Shown here: one piece after another, positions 25,126-37,340 of the stretch | Numbering within the stretch: position 1 is the stretch's first letter | Layout: every line of letters begins with the position of its first letter | Origin: Guillardia theta CCMP2712 | Lineage: Eukaryota; Protista; Cryptophyta | Direction: 5' to 3' | NCBI RefSeq assembly: GCF_000315625.1 | Contig: NW_005434671.1 | Location: forward strand, 817,798-881,797 | DNA: 64,000 nucleotides | Made by a program: the position numbers and the translations under genes | Notes under the pieces: generated by a model | What the model was told of the DNA's origin: nothing | What the model saw: only the letters and a program-made list of their open reading frames with translations | The model's database searches: none

Positions 25126-26640
25126 CTGAGGAAAACTATGACTAGGAGGAGGACGGGAATGAGATACCCCCAACACCATACATCGGCTTCCCTTCACACT
25201 AACCTGCTCCGAACCACAACACTTCTCGATCACATCTTTCAAACTTACTCTCCTCCAACTCTTGAGCCTAATGTTTTGTTTCATGTCATGATAGCCATAC
25301 TCTCATTTAGTTCTTCTCATCTACTTCCTATCGTGTACAGGCTCTCCTACCGACATGCTCGCATCTGCTCTTTGAAGCTTTGCGGTCCAGAGTTTCCTGC
25401 CTTCCTCATTCAGAAACACGAATACTAATCATTCCCCTAATCTCTGTCCGCTGCCCTCCATATATTTAAAACAGCTTCTCATGGGGGTGGGGTAGTTAAA
25501 ACACCGGTCCAAATACACTCTTCTGGTACGTTCAGAACCCATGGGGTAGTGTCAAAGGGGGGGGTGCAATCAAACGGTCATTAGCATGTCCTCAACGCAT
25601 CCGTTGTTTTCCGTTACTCACGGATTTCGTTGCCCTGCTATTACGCCCCTCTATTCCCCAAAACGCACTGATCCATAAAAATTTGTATATATAAAAAACA
25701 ATATAAAAAAGTACGGAAATGTAGAGCGACACTGGGGTAAGCAGTACTGGGAATCGAGGACGTTGTAATGCACATTATTAAAAAGGGTCATAACAGTACT
25801 GCAATTTTCGGCATGATGAAGCGCAATAAGTTTTATCTTAGTGAGAGTCTCATTGATCGTACCACAGGGAATCAGTAAATCAACCCCCAAGCAAAACCTT
25901 ATAGTAAACCAATATTACATATATTTTATAAATAAAACATCTTTGTACAGACCCTTTTTTTTCATGACCAAATGGCACAATGAAGAGGGCGAATGGGATG
26001 GGGGGTGCGAGCGGTCAGGCAAGGCAGGAGAGACAGGGGCAAGAAGGGAGCAGAAGATCCAGCGATGTAGAGTACAGGGGGCACAAGAGCTGATGAGGAG
26101 TAAGGGGAAAGATCAGTTGCTGTGAGAAGCAGGGAGCACATTGATGGATGTAACCTAACTCGGCACGGCGGAGGGCTGGGCAATGGAGGTCGGAGAGGGA
26201 GATAAAGACATACACATGAGCCATGTCAACGAGAAAGAAATGTCAGTATGTTTCCAAGTATAATGGAGCTACAGGAGACGAGGTATCCTAGAACGCAGAA
26301 GGCGTGCAAAATGTTTCAAGTCGCCATGCCAACAGAGGCTGGCTGGGTAGGGTCTGGAACGAGATTAACATAGATGAATGCGTGCAAGTCAGTTTTAGAT
26401 CAGCCAAGAATTGTGTATCATGTATTCAAAACTGCGAAATTATGTAAAGAAATGGTGACTACTTTTGATTGAAGGATGATCGGAATCAAGTTTTCATGGT
26501 GGTTCTGATTTCAAACTTCGCAGAAATCCAAACAAGGAGTTTTCTTGCTAGGAGCATCAGCATGTCATAGTGTGGTGCGTTAAAGTTCAGCCAATTCTTG
26601 GCCTTTTTGAACATCGGGCTTCGGATAAGCTCGCTAAGCT

Positions 26641-28478
26641 ATGAAAAAGTACTTGAACCGATTCTGGGGGTCTGCTGATGGATTTGATGGGAAGACAACC
26701 CTGAAACAAATCTCAAACTCAGAGAATTTATCAATTCAGAGGGTTAGCAAAGACAAGGGGGGAGTAGGCCTCAACGGAACGAGTAAACGGGATGAAGATG
26801 GTTTCGGCGATCAAGGTAAACTCTTCTTACAGGGTTACATCGAGCGAAAGTCGAACAAGAACGGATTCCAGAAGAAGTGGAAGGTCCAATACTTCGTGCT
26901 CAAAGACTCCAGGCTCCGTTACTACAAAGACCAAGTTAATTACTTGGATGGTGAGCAGGAAAAAGGAGAGATATACTTGAATGGCATAAGCATAAATTTC
27001 GGTGCAACCAAGGTCAACATGTCAGGAAATCCTAGATACGTCATGTTGTGTGAAGATAGATGGAAGAAAAAAGTCTTTGTTCTGGCATTCACCTCCGAAC
27101 AAGAGAGAAATACTTGGTACGAAGCGCTCCAGATAGCTGTATCATCTGCCTCGGCTCCAGAAAAGAACGTGAAAGCATCGAAAAGCACTTCTCAGCGCAA
27201 GAGTTCATCCCCGTCAAACAATCGCCAGAATTCTCTTTCTTCTGTTATGGATTTCTTATCGGGTTCCACATTCCAATTGCCATTTGCTTCTAGGAAGCCG
27301 AAATGTAACTTTTCAGAATCGGATAGAAACACTCAGACCCATTCGAAGGTTGCGAATCTAATGCTCGAAATAGTCACGCAGAACCCTCGGAATGACAAGG
27401 ATGTAAATGTTTATATCAAATCATCGAAGGGAGGTCGATATGGGGTTGAGTTGATTTGTGAAGGACATCATGACAACCTTTGGACATACACCTGGACGTA
27501 CAACATCGACTACGTGCAGCTGAATTGTGAGTCAAGGGCTCGCCGTATTGTCGTTGATTGGAACAACAAGTGTGCCTGGATCAAGGGAGACATTGAGATA
27601 GACGAAGAGTACGATGAGGAGTTTGGAGACTTGATGCATATCTACAAGGAACACGACTGTCTGTTGATTCACTCAACGATTCCTTTCTCTCCTCGCTGGA
27701 ATTGGATAGTCGGGAAAAGCGACCCCCAGAGGCCGTACAAGATTTCCCTCAAGGACAGTCTGTCGGGATCTGAAAAGCAAGTCACTCTTCCGTTGCAAAT
27801 TTCCCATGGGGGCCACACTGTTGCTGCCTTCAGTGCAAGCAAGACTGAAGCATTGCTGTCTTTGATGGAGGTAAGTTGGCTGCCCTTGTGGTTTTGGCAC
27901 AAGCATGAACCCTCCAAACAGATAGGCGAGGAAGATCAGTGGATACTGATCAGTATCACTTTTGTTTTGAGCATGTTTATTTCTATGGATGGAGGTGAAA
28001 CATGTGACTGTTCTTTTCACTTTTTTTAATCCTAATTCGAATACCTCTAGATAACCTGAACTTACCTGCTCTTGATATCACATCATGCTCGTCAACCTCC
28101 AGAAGTCCAACTGGCACATGTAAGGAGCATGCTTTGAATTTGCTGAAGATGACTTTGAGTTCCAGCGACCTACGCACGAACTCCAATACGACAAGACAGC
28201 TTTGGCGAGTGGAGTCACTCAGTCCCAAAGACGACTCAAAGTTGCGTCGGTGAAGACCTAACAGGCGATGAGACCGGGAAGGGTATCCGTCAAAAAAGAC
28301 TTGTCTTGGGCTGACTCAGACGCAGGGAGACCTTTAATCGGACTGCAAGCGCCGTTCCATCTTGACGAACCTTATCCTCATCCTGATTCTGTGTATTGTC
28401 CGCACGAGAACAAGGAAGGAAGTTAGAGTCTTATCAACTGCGAATTGTAGCTTAGGTATTCTTGCCGCTTTCTTTTAA
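26641..28478 (+). CDS. PH-domain protein with an uncharacterised C-terminal beta-rich domain; 3' end uncertain
   Basis: LQGYIERKSNKNGFQKKWKVQYFVLKDSRLRYYKD...EKGEIYL...FVLAFTSEQERNTWYEALQ is a canonical PH domain. Long first exon, with introns near 27871 and 27995. Confidence 0.8.
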
Positions 28479-28598
28479 AACTATTCACACAGTACAACGA
28501 ACCAAAGAGATATGGACTTTTACAATCAGTTTATTAGCGAAAGAATAAGAGTGTAGTATGAATTGAGGGAAGAGTCCGGGTACCTTCCAGCCACCCCA

Positions 28599-28982
28599 TC
28601 ATCTGCATCGACTAACATGTCTTGACGCGCCTTCATCCCCACCTCGCAGCCGTAGAGGAAGCTTAGTTGTCTCTGCACATTCGAGGCTCATTTCCGAACT
28701 ATCTGAGACCGAGGAAGCCATGACTTTGAGCGCCTTGGTGAGCTCGCCATTAGCCTCGTGGTGCTCGGCCAGCTGGCGAGAGAGCATCCTGTTCTCCATC
28801 TCCAGCCTGAGGATAGACTGCTGGACCTCTGCATACATGGCTGGGTAAGGGCAAACGTCGATCGTCATTCTTGACAGTTTCGAGGGGCGCGCTTCTCCTC
28901 CATGAGCCAAGAGAAGCATGGCAACCAGAACTGTTGATAGTGCTCGTCTAAGAATGGCGGTGAATTGTTGAGATAGAATCAT
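28599..28982 (-). CDS. 127-aa hypothetical protein: signal peptide, coiled coil, LRLRGG, 12-aa tail
   Basis: MILSQQFTAILRRALSTVLVAMLLLAHGGEA, heptad-like QQSILRLEMENRMLSRQLAEHHEANGELTKALK, then LPLRLRGGDEGASRHVSRCR*. Confidence 0.6.
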   Translation of the reverse strand: MILSQQFTAILRRALSTVLVAMLLLAHGGEARPSKLSRMTIDVCPYPAMYAEVQQSILRLEMENRMLSRQLAEHHEANGELTKALKVMASSVSDSSEMSLECAETTKLPLRLRGGDEGASRHVSRCR

Positions 28983-29007
28983 TTTGTACAGGAGTGTAGA
29001 AGAGTAA

Positions 29008-29053
29008 GGAGGAGGAGGAGGAGGAGGAGGAGGAGGAGGAGGAGGAGGAGGAG
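29008..29053. repeat. (GGA)n microsatellite just upstream of the small LRLRGG gene
   Basis: About 15 tandem GGA units. Confidence 0.95.
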
Positions 29054-30359
29054 GCTTCGTCAAGTGAACAACCGACGCTCCAGGCACAGTAGGATCGAGA
29101 AAGATATGGCGGAGTGAGAGAACCACCAGCTGTGTAAACTAAGGAGCAGAAGAAAGGTCCGACAGTTCACGCGAAGGAGCGAGAACGATCAATAATGCGT
29201 GGAATTCCCCGACCGGAACCCACTCGGTGTATCGAAAACGTATTCCTCGATCCTTTGCAGGTAGCCGCTGTTTGTTTCTGATTCTTGCTTCTCAGAGCCT
29301 GTCTTGCTGTCTTGAGTTGCCTTGACCTGCCTTGTCTTGATCTGTCTTGACTTGTCTGGTCTTGTCTGCGTGTATCTACTCTCCTTGCACGTTCTTGCCA
29401 AATGACATGGAGCCTCTAATAAAAGAGCTTCGGGTGAAGTTTCCCACTTGAGGGGTATAGCCAGTCAGGGGGTCCCCTTTAACCTCCTGACAGTTAAACT
29501 CTGTAAACCAGTGGGTACTTACAGGACAATTAGCTGGTAGGGGTGATCGAAGTACCGGTGTCGTTTAACGACAAGGGCTACGTTACAAGGGAACAAGGGG
29601 GTGGTGGGGTAGGGGTACGTATTCAAAGTGAGTTAAGACTACCTGCGAAGGGGTAGGGGTTACCACCCCACCGTGGAATGAGAGTGCAAGACATAGAGCT
29701 ATGCTGGGTACTATTCGAACAAGATACCCTACCAGTTCGGTACGATGTTCTAAAGGATCAGGTGTTTGACCAATGTTGACGAGGGTGGGTACATGACTAC
29801 CCGTTCTGTGTAGGCGCTCAAGAAGAGAAAAAGGGGGTAAATTGGATAAACTACGGGTACTCAACGAAACGTTGTTTATTCTTGAGGCCGAAAGGGGAGG
29901 CGGCCGCAAAGCGGTAGCAAATCAATATACATGTGCATATTATATATATATATAACACTGTAAAGTATCTTTTACGAGTTGAATATAATATTTTATATAC
30001 AGTAAAAAAACTAATTGAAGTTTTAATAACATATATAATCATTCGTCATTTTAAATGCGAAGCGTTGGTATTTGAAGAGTTTTCAGGAATTAAGTCTTCT
30101 TTACATGATCCAGAATCCTACTTTTCGATAGTTTGACTGGTGTACCCCTCCATTTTCCAGGAATTTGGAAAGAAATATGTAGGTGGGGGTGCGTATGCTA
30201 ATTTAACAGCTCACCCGTAGTAAAGAAGGGGTTCTGTACTCACCACCCTTCTATTGATAAGGAACAAGAAGTATTTTCATGGGTGGGGTCATCTCAGTGA
30301 AAGAAGTCAGAGATGCATTTTTTTACGTACAGGGAAGTTAAGTTAAAAATCAGGCAGTT

Positions 30360-30790
30360 GCCGTGACTCGGCGATCAGGGCATGTGGAACTTCGGGCCAG
30401 CCCGCCGGGCCACGGCGGCCCGGCCCGGCCGGCGGCGGCGCAGGAACTCGCCACACTGTCAGGTCAACTTTGAGTAAAGGTCAGGGAACTTCCGAGTTCG
30501 GAACGGCGGCAAACTGCCCCCTCAGGCTGCCCCCCCCGGGGGCCCCCGAAGATGCCAGCTTCCGAGCCTGCAGTGGCACGGCCACCGTCCCGGTCTTGAC
30601 AGTGATCGCCGGACTGCCAGCCTGAGGGACCCCGGGCCCCGGGCCGGGCGGCGGCAAACGGTTCAACGATGTAGCCTGATCGTTGGCATACTCCGAGGCT
30701 CGTCCGATGATGCATCAATTCTCAGTCCTAGTAGTTTATTTACACAGTCCTGCATTCATAGCCGCCGTGCCACGGTGACTGTTGACTCGG
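30360..30790. promoter_or_regulatory. GC-rich intergenic island containing ACTTTGAGTAAAG and the palindrome TTCCGAgtTCGGAA
   Basis: CCGG/GGCC-rich non-coding stretch whose motifs are shared with the islands at about 52.3 kb and 55.7 kb. Confidence 0.5.
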
Positions 30791-31713
30791 CGTTCACAGG
30801 CTGAGACTCTGTGCAGCCAGAACACGTTCACGGTCACGGCGTGTGCGGCGAACGGCGAGAGACGGCCGAGTTTGGATCAGCTTCGCAATCAGAGGAGGAG
30901 AAACCAGCTTCGCGCGAAGGAGGAACAGCTTCGCGAGGAGGAGAAGCTTCGCAATGAAGAGGAAGAGCAGCTTCGCGAAGCAAGGCTCTTGGCGTTGAGG
31001 CAGAACCCTCAATCTGTGGAGCGAGGGATAGCGTGGGAGGAGTCGGAGGTGGGGCAGACCGTCCTCCAGGGCAACGTGGGAGTGCTTTCGACGCAGGCCA
31101 TCAATCGGTTGATGGCACACGTCGAGTTTGGAAGTGAGAGAAGCTGGATGCCGGTGAACAAGTATGTTTCAAGTACGCTTACGGGGTGCACAGTATAATC
31201 GACTTTGAGGCAGTTGGCTCTCAGCTTTGGCTTTGAAAATCCGGGCGTAAAGGGAAGTCTTTTCGAGATGTACTTCTTGAAGAAGTTGGAACAAACAGGC
31301 TTGAGTGTGAGTTCGTGGCCCGAGACAGACCGAGATCTGGGATCAATGTCTGGTGGTGAATTTTTCATTATTGCAAGGCATCAAGCTTCCTGTTCAAAAT
31401 ACGTACTTGAGGCCTTCAAGGAGGCTATGAAGCAGTGATGGTCGACCAAGAGAAGCGGAAGGTGATGTTTGTACAAGCAACGATCGAACAGCAACATGCT
31501 TTCAAACTCTGTTTCTTCTTGAAGGCTCTGAAATTGCTTAACATCCCGAAAGGTGGGGGATGGAAGATGGAGGTTGTTTTTCTGATTCCAGTTGAGGAGC
31601 TTGCAAGGTTTGGGATCAAACCCACCGAAGACAGAAGCGCGCTAGAGGATTAAGGGTGGAAGAGAGGAGAGGAGGAAATGCAGGCAGAAGTAGCAGGAAA
31701 TTCTATCATGTAG
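30782..31713 (+). pseudogene. Degraded Crinkler (CRN)-like effector fragment, PD-(D/E)xK nuclease-type C-terminal domain
   Basis: Pieces in three ORFs: GNVGVLSTQAINRL; ENPGVKGSLFEMYFLKKL; (YLRP)QGGYEAVMVDQEKRKVMFVQATIEQQHAFKLCFF...MEVVFLIP...ALED*GWKRGEE. Frameshifts near 31175-31205 and 31415, and an in-frame TAA at 31651. Confidence 0.7.
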
Positions 31714-32976
31714 TCAGGGGGATCCGAAGCAACGAGAGGTCACATGCCGAAGAACATCGTCTCTTGAGGTACGCATCGAGGTAGCCAACTCCATTCACAG
31801 CCACGTGGCTGATGTTTGTGAAGAGTGAAGTCTCGGACATGTGAATATCTAGGCGTCCACTGGTCATCTTTCTCGAATCGAGACGCAGTAGCTCTTCATC
31901 TTTTTCCTTCCATGAGAGCCAAGTTCTTTTTCCTTCCATGAGAGCCAAGTGTATACTTGTTGTCGTTCATGACCATGCCTGCTCGAGCTTCCGTCATGGT
32001 ACTGCCGTCATGGTACTCTATGGCAGGCAGCTTCAGCAGTATTCGATTGCAACTTCAACAAGTCTAGCAGCTCTACTCCTCTGCGACAGCTTCGCCTCTG
32101 AGAGCAAGAGTCAGTTGGATGGTTCTTACTCCCGCAACATCATGATAGCAATTGGAACATCTTGATCCGAGACGGATTGTTTTATGGGGTGGGTGGTTCT
32201 GCATCATAGGGGAGTCACCCGTTCTTTCACTATGAATAGGACGGGTATGGTTCAATTATCGAGGGAGAAGGGGTAGGGGTCATGGATGTTGCAGTATTGT
32301 TGTCGGTTCCTATGAGGGGTAGGTACCACGAGGAATCATGAGGGGTAGGGGTGAAGTACCTCAATTCATTTTCCTTTCCTTACCCCTACTTTTACACTAA
32401 ATGGGACCGGTTTCCAAGAAGCTCAATTTACACTGGTTTGTAAAATTGGGGGTGGGTGGTTGAATGATCTCAGGGTGGGTAGTGGATCCGGCGCTGTGGA
32501 ATGCTGCGGGGGCGAGGAGCATTCCGAACGAGAGCATTTTTTGTGAAGGGGGGGGGAGAGGTATGGAGCCTGACGCTGGAACAAAGGGAGAGAACGTACG
32601 AACAACACAGATCAGAGGGTTGCCGAACAATGCAGAGGGTGAGAATTAATTATTTCAAGGGGAGATGTCCATTTTGATGGACGTAAGGTGGTGGAAACAG
32701 CCAGAGAAAGCAAAGTAGATTGATTTTCGACCAAGTGAGTGGAGGGTAAAAAGTTACATGACTTCTTTTTTATTTTCATGAGTTCTTTCATGATGTGAAG
32801 AGGAACGCTTGGCAAGCAAAAGAGAGAAGGGGATTGAAAGGATTCCTTTCCTAAGGGTGAAATCCTGTATCCCATATTTCCATATTATCAGGAAGGAGAA
32901 TTTTGTTATCTGTTAGACCAAATACCCCACCTTATTCTGTGTCGACGATCCGTTGATGTCAGTCTAACAGGGAAAG

Positions 32977-34288
32977 ATGAAACTCTTGAAGCAACTTTTG
33001 GCTACAACCCTAGTTTTCCACTTGAGCACTTCATCCGCCTTCACCCCTTCCTGCCTAAAGCCTCCTGGCAAGCATTTGGTGCAAAATGGTGAGGGAAAAT
33101 TTCTTGCAACCTGCTGTTTTCCTGAATTTTTGTTGGGACCAGCGCTGCCTCGTGGGCAGAGGGGAGTTTCGGTGCAGGTACGTCCGTTGGTTTGCTTCCT
33201 TGAGTGGATGATTGATTCTGTAGAAGTCTTCTCGTCCAAACATCCACACCCTCCGTGGAAACCTTGAAAGCTCAGTCGGATGGATTGGTCGTCCGGGCTC
33301 CTCCATGCAGGTGGTTCTCGCAGCTGAGCAGGTGTGAGTCTGACGTGAGTTTAGGTCCCGGAGCCGAGAATGGCTGAAATGCGAATGAGTCAATTGGGAA
33401 AAATTGACATTGATGGGGCTCAAATCCAGTAACTGAGATTCTTCTCTGAACTTTATGCGCTCATGTCGTGTGTAGATATGACTACTTGCCCGGAGATGGG
33501 CCTGTTATCTTCTACCTTCCAGCGCTCAACCAAACCAGGCACGGCGCCAAGGCTAACGCTGTAAAGACTTGGTGCCGCCGCAATGGCCGAAGCTTCTTGG
33601 TGGCAGATTACTACGGTGCAGATCATTGTTTCCCTGCGTGTTTGGGATCTAAATCTCTTGTGCAGGCACTGGCAAGAGTGACGGTGAGTACAGTGATGCC
33701 ACTATCACCCGCTGGGCCAAGGATGCGGCAGCTTTGATCGATTGGTTGAAGAAGGAGCATGACCATGACGGAGTCATCATGGTGGGAGCCGGTGTTGGTG
33801 GATGGGTTATGCTGCACACAGCTCAGTGGCGCAAGGACTCGATTGTCGGTCTTGTTGGAGTCGCCGCTGACCCTGATTTCACTGAAACTTTGGTTTGGCC
33901 TGCGCTTGAAGACTCGGTGAAGCAAGAGATCGAAAACAAGGGGCTGGCGGTGATCACATGGGCTGGTAAGCCGTATACGGTGACAAAGGCTCTCTTCGAT
34001 GATGGCCGCAAGATGCAAGTGTTGAACAAAGGGCCCAACTCCATCCCCATCACATGCCCCGTCAGGCTCATCCAGGGCCTTGGGGATGAGGAGATCCCTC
34101 CTGAGCGAGCGCTGGAGCTCAGCGACTGCTTGCTCAGCCGCGACGTGGTCATCACCTACGTCAAATACGGGAAGCACGCGCTGGAGGACTACGAGGACGA
34201 CTTCAGAAGAATTTATTTCGCAGTGGAAGATATCGAAAGGCAGGTTGTCCGCCAGAACTGGTTGAGGAACATGAACCGCCCGGTCTGA
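32977..34288 (+). CDS. ABHD10-like alpha/beta-hydrolase with bipartite plastid leader; catalytic Ser absent
   Basis: Leader MKLLKQLLATTLVFHLSTSSAF. Core YDYLPGDGPVIFYLP...GAKANAV...DYYGTGKSDG...TITRW...VGAGVGGW...GLVGVAADPDFT...ITCPVRLIQGLGDEEIP...YGKHAL. Confidence 0.85.
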
Positions 34289-34313
34289 TTTTGAGGGGCT
34301 TTAAAAAGCAACT

Positions 34314-36359
34314 TCACATTGCAGCCATTCTTGCGCGGGTCTCTTCCAAGGCTTCAATCTTGTTCGCATCCACCATTACCTGAAATGGAATGAATTCGTG
34401 CTGAAACTCAAAAACCTTCGCACCATTATCGTTTCATCCAGGCGTAAGATCGCTGTGTTCACTCTTTCCATCTGTTGTACAAGGGCCTGTCGAATTTCCA
34501 ATGAGCGAGCTGCGTCATTTGAAATCAGGCCAAACCTGATACTTCTTCATTTGCTTGTCTGTCAGGTCGGAGACCTCCCCTCCAACTCCAATGAAGTTCT
34601 CGCACTCGCGCCTGAGTTGTCTCGTCAACTTCCTGCACGTTAGCAGAGGTCCGCTTACTTCTTCTCTTCTCTCTTCAGCAGCAGGAAGTTGATCGTTCTG
34701 TACATCTCATCCTCAACAATGCTGCAACCGTACGTCACTCGTCCGCAAGTGCAGGGGAATCCAGTCAAGCTCACCTGCATACTTTCGGGAGGTCCACGTA
34801 CCAAAGGAAAAAAGTCCGCTGTGTGTTGTGATCGATTGTCCGTGGAACCTGAAGGAGTAGATGACGATCGGGCAGAGAACTTCAAGAGCTCACCTCTTGC
34901 AGCCGGACGAACTGCGCTTTCAGCATCTTGCACAGGATCTGCAGCATGAGTTACGAGGGAGCATCCTTTCAACGAGGAGGGGACGAGGTACAGAGAATAT
35001 GAGGAGCCTGGGCCAGGACAATCCTCTGACTGCTGTAGAAGGGTTGAACTTACGTCATTCGCATCTTTCTTCGGAACCATGCTCAGGTCCCACACCGTCT
35101 TCGACTCAAGGTACTTCCTCTCCAGGAGCAGGCGGAATATCCTCCTCCCCCTTGCCGTAAACTTCTTCTCAACGATGCTCTCGAGGATCTGTTGTCGCAG
35201 CTCCATCATCAACAAGGAGATGTCGGGCTTGAACGTGGAGCCCTCCGATCCTCCTCCCATCAGCTTCGTGACACTCTTGAACGCAGGATCTTGGCAGAGA
35301 GCAGAGAGCTGCTCGCTCAGCACCTCCCAAGTGCGGACTACATTCAGATCCTCATTCCTCCCCTCAGACGCATCCAGCATAGCATCCACAGAAGCTGAGG
35401 GGATGAAACCGTTGGCCAGGTTAGCCGGCTGCAGGGCACGGTTTCGGATAGTGCGGAGGAGGAGCCTCATGAGCGAGGCAGTCTGAGGACCGAAACGATC
35501 TTCCATCAGCTGCGCTATTGCCGCAGTCCTGAAGTCCCAGAGGAAGGCTGGGGTGTTGACCCTCCACGTCGACCCTTCGTTGTCGATCGACTCCTTCAGA
35601 GCTCCATCTTCCTTCAGCGGGATCCCTGCGGCTCCGTTGTCTAGTTTCACCAGCTTGCTTTCCCGCTCCTCGCCTGCCGAGCCTGCTTTCCTCTTGCCCG
35701 TCTTCTTCTGCGTGGGCGAGAACAGTACGGCCGGAGTGTCGGCCCTCTCCATGTTCGATTGCGCGCGGACGATGTACTTCTCTTGGATCAACAGGTTCCC
35801 AGCTTTCACCAGCTTGTCCTCACTGATCTCCTCGTCTCCATACTTGCAGTGTTCGATGATCTGAGCCATGCTAGCTCGGCCATGCTCCAGGATGGCCTCC
35901 ATCACTTGGGACGCCACCCGTGCGTGTTCCATGCTTGCCTGCGACTTGATGTGCGTGCAAAACTTGGGGTATCGGAGCCGCAGGCTGGCCTCCTCGACCT
36001 CGAAGTGGTAACGGCACTCTCTCGCCGCCGACGTGCTGTCAACAGTGACCGAGACCTGCCATCCTCTTCAGCTTCCAGCAGGGTAGGGGGCCAAAATGCA
36101 CACCAGGTTGTGTTGAATTAGGACAAGCAGGTTGTTCCTGAGGGCAGCGCTCCCCAGCTCTGTGTCAGCTTGCAGCTCCTTGAGCGTCCGTTGCGATCTG
36201 CGTATGAGGGCTGCGCAGACGCTCTCGCTCGCTGCTCCGAAGTGATCCTTTACAACCTGACCGACATGTTCACATCTCGCGCGTAGGGAGGGGATCAGAG
36301 GTTACCTGCAGTGCAGCTCCCTGCAAGCCGTTCAGGATCGCTGGTCGTGCAGGAGGCAT
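34314..36359 (-). CDS. RPC3: RNA polymerase III subunit RPC3 (C82/RPC62)
   Basis: VVKDHFG..SESVCAALIR, LRNNLLVLIQHNL, VMEAILEHGR, WRVN...F...FR, ILESIVEKKF...RRIFRLLLERKYLE.K.V.DLSMVPKKDA, and C-terminal ILRLDETIM. Confidence 0.9.
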
Positions 36360-36869
36360 GTCCAGGTTGTGTATCGATGACTTACAGTTCCATAAGATAC
36401 CTGCACAACCTCCTTCAGCCTCCACAATCAAGAAGGCAGAGACTATCTCATAGCCTATAATGACACGGTTCCAAACAATCTCACAACTCTCCGGTCCCCT
36501 CACAATTGCTCTCTTCTCTCTTGTCTCTTTCCAGCAGCAATCCCTTCTCCATCCTTTCATCTTGCAGCCCAAACTCAAAGACACCTCCCTCCCCCCCTTC
36601 CCGCTCGCTCTCTCCCTCCTCTTCACTTGTCCCCTTGCCGCCTTTGTACCTCCTTGCCTCCCTCCCTCCCTCCGTTCTCACTTCTCCCTTCCCCTCCCGC
36701 CTCTCAACTCCTCCTCCTTGCTTCTTCTTTCTCCTCTCTTCTTCTCCCCCTCTCCTTGCGCATTTCATGTCGCTCCCTCTACCTCGACCCCGGTAGCGTT
36801 CCCTACACATGCATTGATCAATTCTCGTTCCTGCTGATTTTCGCAGGATACAGTCCGGCGAAACTGGTC

Positions 36870-37130
36870 GGATCATGGCCCGGCAAGCGGAGGCCGCTGA
36901 GCGGCGGCTGCGGGCCCGGCGGCGCCGCTGGTCACTCAGTCACGGCGAGCCTTATCGATCAATCGGGCCCGGTCTTTCTGAGGCTATGGGCTAAAGATGC
37001 TCATTTTGCCAGTACCGTACGGTCGCCCGGGAGTCGGGTCACGGGTGGGTAACTTGGCACGCCGGGCCCTAGTACGGCTAGCGCCCACAGTGACTCGGAG
37101 ACCCGGCCCGGGCCCGAGCCCGGCAAAGTG
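36870..37130. promoter_or_regulatory. GC-rich island in the divergent RPC3/USP promoter
   Basis: CCGGCCCGGGCCCG runs with CAGTCACGG and GTGACTCGG motifs. Confidence 0.45.
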
Positions 37131-37340
37131 GCACGTTAATTTTTGTGAAGAGGCTCTCCAGCCAAATAACGAGGCGGGCCTCTTCATGTCAATGGCCTCA
37201 GTGGGGTGTAGTAAGGCCTATAGTCAAGGCAGCAGCAGACCCCAGCCTCGTGGTTCCTTGGCGACCCGACGCAAGACTTGACTATAGATCGACATGACAC
37301 TTTGTAGTCAAGATCAGGGGCCTGAGGGTGAGAGGCCGAG

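Noticed and set aside
29930-30050. Very AT-rich patch as an organellar insertion or foreign DNA
   Set aside because: Short and low in complexity, with no recognisable gene fragment.
31900-32020. Short tandem duplications (TTTTTCCTTCCATGAGAGCCAAGT x2; CCGTCATGGTACT x2)
   Set aside because: Consistent with slippage in neutral DNA; no TIR or coding link.
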